NCBI GenBank assembly: GCA_963666205.1
Contig: OY762654.1
Coordinates: forward strand, 1,920,001 to 1,984,000
Direction: 5' to 3'
Source of the DNA: Synergistales bacterium
GTDB lineage: Bacteria; Synergistota; Synergistia; Synergistales; JAFGMB01
Length of the DNA stretch: 64,000 bases
The first letter of the stretch is position 1, and every line of letters starts with the position of its first letter. Below, one piece after another: positions 59,208-64,000 of this stretch. The notes below the pieces were generated by a model, which ran no database searches, had not been told where the DNA came from, and saw nothing but the letters and a program-made list of their open reading frames with translations. A program made the translations under genes and the position numbers.

Positions 59208-60358
59208 ATCAGTTGAACAAAAGGTTTTTTAAGATATTCTTTATCTTCGTTACTATCGGAGTGTTTCTGCTTGGAACAGATCATGTGCTGACGGCCCAGA
59301 CTCCTGAGAAAAGAACGTCACCGGGACTTCCCCCGGCAAGGGTAGAAGTGGTTGAGGTTGCAAGGATACCAGTCCTTTACAGGGGATATCGGGAAAGCAG
59401 TACCCTGGAAACGATGGAAGAGGTCATCATTTATCCCAGGGTAACGGGAAGATTGGAGAAGTTTTCTGCCAGGGAAGGAGATCTGGTTAAAAAGGGGCTG
59501 GTAATTGCTGAGCTCGATCACCGGGATGTCAATGCCCAGATAAACTCCATCAAAGCACAGATTGCCGTGGCTGAGGCCAGGCTGGCCAGTTCCAGAGCCA
59601 GTTTCGCCAACGCTAAAAACGAAAGGGATCGGTATCAGAAGCTTGTCAAGGAGGGATATGCCACCTCACAGCAGCTGGAGTCAAAAGAAACTTCCTACCT
59701 TCAGGCCCTTGCCGATATAGATCTGCAGAAAGCGTCTATCCAGCAGTACCGGGCAGAACTGGCAAAGCATGAGGTAAACCTCTCTGAATATTTTGTGAAA
59801 AGTCCTATCGATGGGAGGGTAATGGACGATTACTCCCATACAGTCGGAGAAATGATCAGTCCCTCCATTGCTATTGCAAAGATAGGTGTGACTGAAAGAC
59901 TGAAGGCAGTCATCAAGGCTCCTTCTGGAAGGGCTGTCCGTTTCAGGAAGGGTATGAAGGCTCTTGTGAGCGTGAGCAGCCTTCCTGAAGGTAATTTCTC
60001 TGGAAATATTGAAACCATTTCACCTTCCGTTGATGCCTCAACGAGGACCACTACGGTAGAAGTAACCCTAGTAAACGATAAGGATGAACTGAAGCCAGGA
60101 ATGTTTGCGGAGGTTTACATAATTGAGAAGGAATCCGAAAATGCTTTGGTCATTCCAAAGGAGGCCCTCTTCGAAAAAGACGGGGAAAGTTTTGTATTTA
60201 TAGTCAGGGAAGATTCTGCGGTGAAGGTTCCCGTAAGCATCGGTATAGAGAACGATATCCATTATGAGATCCTTGAAGGGCTTAAAATGGGAGACCTTGT
60301 CGTGGTCTCCGGTGGAAGCACTCTTAGAGATGGAGATAAAGTCACTTTAGTTCGGTAA
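59204..60358 (+). CDS. RND periplasmic adaptor (membrane fusion protein)
   Basis: EGDLVKKG lipoyl half, coiled hairpin, SPIDG, LKPGMFAEV, GLKMGDLVVVSG. Confidence 0.94.
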   Translation: MNQLNKRFFKIFFIFVTIGVFLLGTDHVLTAQTPEKRTSPGLPPARVEVVEVARIPVLYRGYRESSTLETMEEVIIYPRVTGRLEKFSAREGDLVKKGLVIAELDHRDVNAQINSIKAQIAVAEARLASSRASFANAKNERDRYQKLVKEGYATSQQLESKETSYLQALADIDLQKASIQQYRAELAKHEVNLSEYFVKSPIDGRVMDDYSHTVGEMISPSIAIAKIGVTERLKAVIKAPSGRAVRFRKGMKALVSVSSLPEGNFSGNIETISPSVDASTRTTTVEVTLVNDKDELKPGMFAEVYIIEKESENALVIPKEALFEKDGESFVFIVREDSAVKVPVSIGIENDIHYEILEGLKMGDLVVVSGGSTLRDGDKVTLVR

Positions 60359-60452
60359 AAGAGAATAGGGACATTCAATAAACTGTCCTCTGACCTGGAA
60401 TACGTGAGCTGAAATAGTGGAAGCTCTCCGCGCCTCCACCATATGATAACGA

Positions 60453-60488
60453 GCAGTCAACAGAAAACATTCTTTTGACTGTTTTTTT
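60453..60488 (+). terminator. Probable intrinsic terminator
   Basis: CAGTCAA/TTGACTG stem plus T7. Confidence 0.6.
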
Positions 60489-60887
60489 ATGAATCAACGA
60501 AAGCTTGCTTGTCAGCTCTGGGTAATAAGTTCCAGAAAACGGGTGGATCAGTATCCAGAGAGAGTTTGATAAATATCCTTTTTCCTATAATGAATACCCT
60601 GGTCATTCATGTTATCATCTTGAATGATCAATCCAGGTATTCTTTTTTCAAATGTTATATTTCCCAGTTGATGATTTCGTTTTATGAAAAGGAGTGAAAT
60701 AGTTATCAGAAAACATGGTTTTCTTACCTTCCTGCTATGCCTGCCTGCATGTTGAGAAACTCTTTGGATTTTCTGTTGATGAAGTTACGTCAGATTCCAT
60801 TTGAACATTATCAATAAGAGTTATTTGCATGAATGATTTGCAATAATAATCATTAACTTCAAACTTGAATTGAAGGGAGAGATATCA

Positions 60888-62474
60888 GTGAAAAAAAGCT
60901 TCTTTGTCCTTTTCGTGGTGATGTTTATGTTGATCTGTTCCGGTTACGGTTATGCAGCCGAATTCAATATTTCTACAGAGGAAAGTTTCCAGGATGCCCT
61001 TGATACAGCGCAGTCCAACGGAGAGGGTGACACTATTACCCTCCAAGCGGGGACATATCTGGTCAGTTCCAATGGAGGCACTTTTACCTATGATCCGAAA
61101 GTGACTAGTGAAGACAGTTTGACCATCAGAGGCAATGGAGAGGTGATCCTTAACGGGGAAGGATCCGACAACATCTTCCTTATTCTTAATGAAAGTCCAT
61201 ATCTGACCGAAATCACCCTTCAGGGCCTCACCATCCAGAACGGGAAAAACACAATGAGCGGTTGCGGTGCCTATATTGAGATCAATTCCGGGAATATTAA
61301 TATTATTGAATGTTCTTTTAAGGATAACGAATCTGATAATGAAGGTGGAGCAATCTATGCCTATATAGCCGATACTGGCAACGTAACCCTTCAGGAAAAC
61401 AGCTTCTCTGGCAATTCTTCTGAACGCAGAGGAGGTGCTGCAAACATCGAGGTTGGATCAGGGGATGTCACTATAACAGGTACCGTTTTTAACAGTAACA
61501 GTTCCGTGGATAATTCATCAGGGGCCCTGGATGTGCGTACCGAAGAAGGAAATATAACTTTGTTCGATACCGTATTTTCCAGTAACGAATCTTACCGCAA
61601 CACGGGGGCAGCATTCCTCAGCATATCAGGAAGTACAGGTTACATAGAGGTAGATTCCTGTGATTTTACAGGTAACAGGACATACAGTTACGAAGCAGGG
61701 GCCCTCTGGGTATCAAACTATGGTGAAGGTGTTCTGATCACCAATAGCAGGTTTGAAGATAATATCGCAGAAACCCGTGGGGGAGGGGCATACCTGTCCT
61801 GCGAGAACGGTTTTGTTTTAGTTCAGAACTGTCTTTTCTCTCATAATAGCTCTAGCAGAGATGGTGCGGGATTTTACTTATCTTCAGATGCGTATTCTCC
61901 TGAAAAACTGACCTCTGCTGACATAATCAATAACACGATCACCGGCAATGTAGTGTCCGGGGACAATTATGGCGGCGGTGTTTATGTTCGCTGCGGAGAC
62001 CCGGATACCGTCTATTCCTTTACTAATAATATTATCTGGGGTAACAGTGCTGATGCTGGTGCTGATGTGTATCTCAAAGACGAACGTAAGATCAACAGTT
62101 ATTCCTTTAATATTTCCAATAACGATATCTCTGTCATTTCCCATGACCTGTCTGAGGACAGTGAAATGTTGGGAAATGACAACATTAACGAAGACCCATT
62201 GTTTGTATCCCCAACGGATTATCGTCTTCAGAGCGTTTCCCCGGTGATAGACATGGGAGATAATAACGCACGCTCCTTGCCAGAGTTCGACCTCGATGGC
62301 AATGCAAGGATCTATGGGGACGCAGTGGATATGGGAGCCTATGAATATATTTCCGGTACGGTTGATGATGACGACGATGACGATGGCAGCGGAGGTTGTA
62401 ACATCTCTGCATTTTCAGCCATCGCTTTTCTCCTGCTTGTACCGCTCATGTTCCTTTCAGGGACTAGAAAGTAA
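60888..62474 (+). CDS. Beta-helix (GGA..FxxN repeat) surface protein with choice-of-anchor-Q-like region and CTERM tail
   Basis: Signal peptide; repeated FxxN...GGA motifs; DPLFV..DYRLQSVSPVID...DLDGNARI..VDMGAYE; poly-Asp-GSGGC-TM-RK. Confidence 0.88.
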   Translation: MKKSFFVLFVVMFMLICSGYGYAAEFNISTEESFQDALDTAQSNGEGDTITLQAGTYLVSSNGGTFTYDPKVTSEDSLTIRGNGEVILNGEGSDNIFLILNESPYLTEITLQGLTIQNGKNTMSGCGAYIEINSGNINIIECSFKDNESDNEGGAIYAYIADTGNVTLQENSFSGNSSERRGGAANIEVGSGDVTITGTVFNSNSSVDNSSGALDVRTEEGNITLFDTVFSSNESYRNTGAAFLSISGSTGYIEVDSCDFTGNRTYSYEAGALWVSNYGEGVLITNSRFEDNIAETRGGGAYLSCENGFVLVQNCLFSHNSSSRDGAGFYLSSDAYSPEKLTSADIINNTITGNVVSGDNYGGGVYVRCGDPDTVYSFTNNIIWGNSADAGADVYLKDERKINSYSFNISNNDISVISHDLSEDSEMLGNDNINEDPLFVSPTDYRLQSVSPVIDMGDNNARSLPEFDLDGNARIYGDAVDMGAYEYISGTVDDDDDDDGSGGCNISAFSAIAFLLLVPLMFLSGTRK

Positions 62475-62518
62475 CAGTAAATCTTAGATAAAGCGATACA
62501 CCAGACAGAGTATAATAA

Positions 62519-62685
62519 AGCCAGGTCCATTTCCGGGCCTGGCTTTATTAATGCCCAGAAAGGAGGTCTACTGACCTGCTACCCGAAAAGTGTTCCAGAA
62601 GAAATACGAGAAATCTATTATATTCAAATATCAGCCAAGTCCATTTTCAGGCCTGGCTTTTTTCATGCCCAGAAAGGAGGTCTAC
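62519..62685 (+). repeat. Two 53-bp direct repeats (hairpin plus RBS module)
   Basis: 62519-62571 and 62633-62685, 48/53 identical by manual alignment; each has AGCCARG..CCTGGCT hairpin then AGAAAGGAGGTCTAC. Confidence 0.85.
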
Positions 62686-62686
62686 C

Positions 62687-62884
62687 ATGCCATCAGTCAC
62701 AAGTGTTAAAATCGGGAGGACGCCAACCTATCTATTCCGCAAAGATTTTGCCAGCTATAAGCAAAAAAGGTGTGAAGGTATCGTTGGATCTGTCCTGTAT
62801 GAAATGGGAGTAGAGGAGCCTCGCAAGGTTGAGCAGTTCGATGTATACTCCCGTGAAGCCGTGATTAAATTCGTGAAGCCGTAA
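62687..62884 (+). CDS. Short hypothetical ORF, possibly chimeric or a gene fragment
   Basis: Perfect AAGGAGG RBS supplied by repeat copy 2; no recognised motif. Confidence 0.4.
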   Translation: MPSVTSVKIGRTPTYLFRKDFASYKQKRCEGIVGSVLYEMGVEEPRKVEQFDVYSREAVIKFVKP

Positions 62885-62900
62885 AGGGGAGAGTAAGAGC

Positions 62901-63749
62901 ATGTCGCCAACCACATCAGAGCGTGAAGCATTCCGAATATCGTTCCGTTCATTTGTGCCATTTCTCATTATTTCCTTCGGCTTGGCTTGGGGTATCCTCG
63001 CTTTGTACATTTTTCTCCCGGAGGGGATGGCATCAGTGTTTGGGCAACTCACAGGCAACCATCCCCTCTTCTTCTTGGCCGTGTATGCTCCTGCTATTGC
63101 GGCGTTCATTATTGTTGCCCGTACCGGTGGTGTCACAGGACTGAAGCGCTTCCTCGTACGGGTATTGCTATGGCGCTGCAGCTCAGCCTGGTATGCATTT
63201 CTGATTATCGGAGTTCCACTGATCTTTATCGTCGGTTCTCTTATGAGAGGAAATCTCTTTACGGAACCGTTTCCATTTATGTCTTTTCATAATTTGCTCG
63301 CAGCTTTGGCACTCGCAGCGATCAAGGGCCCGATCGAAGAATTCGGCTGGCGGGGGCTTGCTCTTCCACTTTTGCAGAGGAAGTTGGCTCCGGTCTGGGC
63401 CGGGCTCGTTCTTGGAGTCATCTGGGGGCTATGGCATTTTCCTGCTTTCCTCTTGAGCGGGACCCAGCAAAGCGAATGGTCATTCGCGGCGTTCTTTGCC
63501 GGGTGTCTGGCGATAAGCATTGTTGCAACTGCATTGTTCAATAGGTCGCGCGGCAGTATTCTGCTGTCGGCGTTCTTCCACTTCCAGTTGATGAACCCCA
63601 TCTTTCCGGATGCTCAACCCTACGACACATACCTGCTGGTCATTGCTGCTGCTGTTATCGTTTGGTGGAATCGCAAGGATATGTTCAAGAAGGAAGGTGC
63701 TGTCACCGAAGTCATTCCAAACCAAAGGAAAGTGACTAATGGCAGCTGA
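62901..63749 (+). CDS. CPBP family intramembrane glutamic endopeptidase (CAAX protease/Abi-like)
   Basis: EEFGWRG, WGLWHFP and FHFQLMN motifs; multiple TM segments. Confidence 0.92.
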   Translation: MSPTTSEREAFRISFRSFVPFLIISFGLAWGILALYIFLPEGMASVFGQLTGNHPLFFLAVYAPAIAAFIIVARTGGVTGLKRFLVRVLLWRCSSAWYAFLIIGVPLIFIVGSLMRGNLFTEPFPFMSFHNLLAALALAAIKGPIEEFGWRGLALPLLQRKLAPVWAGLVLGVIWGLWHFPAFLLSGTQQSEWSFAAFFAGCLAISIVATALFNRSRGSILLSAFFHFQLMNPIFPDAQPYDTYLLVIAAAVIVWWNRKDMFKKEGAVTEVIPNQRKVTNGS

Positions 63750-63815
63750 CCATGTCCTGTACTCGGACGGGCATTCAGCTGAGCTCCATCGCCACCATTG
63801 ATGGCAACGTTATGT
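63744..63815 (+). mobile_element. Degenerate integron attC-like site
   Basis: Begins over the CPBP stop codon with GCTGAC (cf. RYYYAAC) and ends CGTTATGT (GTT core); imperfect internal inverted repeat; about 72 bp. Confidence 0.5.
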
Positions 63816-64000
63816 TTCCAATTCTTGAAGGAGCAGCGTCAGATGTGTCGATAAGGAGAATAAATACTGAGACCAACTGAACAGGATACAGGAGATTGTT
63901 TGTTTTATCGAGGTGAACAAGGAGCTGCCGGAGAGGTATTGCTTTCTGCTGTTCGAGGTCAAGCGGGGCGGGTGTGACACTGGTGCCTTCGTAGCTTCAT

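Noticed and set aside
54167-60358. RND operon order (permease-TolC-MFP) as a novelty
   Set aside because: Gene order in RND operons is variable and all components look ordinary.
62519-62685. CRISPR array interpretation of the direct repeats
   Set aside because: Only two copies, 53 bp long with an embedded RBS and a 61-bp gap; no cas genes.

Overview
Gene-dense bacterial chromosome segment, most likely from Synergistota. Five proteins end in Gly-rich-GC/TM/basic Synergist-CTERM-type tails, a TolC homologue indicates a diderm envelope, and amino-acid and peptide catabolism genes dominate. Contents from left to right: purine salvage (PRTase plus NCS2-like permease); aminotransferase and Asp/Glu racemase; an arsR-arsF-arsG-acr3 arsenic operon; a DmpA peptidase/flavoprotein/hydrolase operon divergent from an archaeal-type (DTD2-like) D-aminoacyl-tRNA deacylase; two CdaR paralogues; MarR-kynU; transporters (YitT, RarD, CorA, SulP, BMP, betaine SBP, YeeE pair); guaD; FabH-like plus MaoC; a cluster of CTERM-tailed surface proteins (S8 and C1 proteases, beta-helix proteins), one behind a c-di-GMP-II-like riboswitch; an ECF sigma/zinc anti-sigma operon; a truncated trpCBA operon with a WWW leader-peptide attenuator; a coiled-coil PD-(D/E)XK protein; a TetR-RND-TolC-MFP efflux operon; and a right end with mobile-DNA scars (53-bp duplication, decayed attC-like site). 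The strongest new signal is an identical bipartite ECF-type promoter, ATGTCATGA-N15-CGTTTAGCTTTAT, found before both the ECF operon and an easily missed 46-aa secreted peptide gene 6 kb away. No CRISPR array, rRNA, intact tRNA or intact transposase/integrase was seen. All family calls come from motif recognition by eye; no database searches were run.
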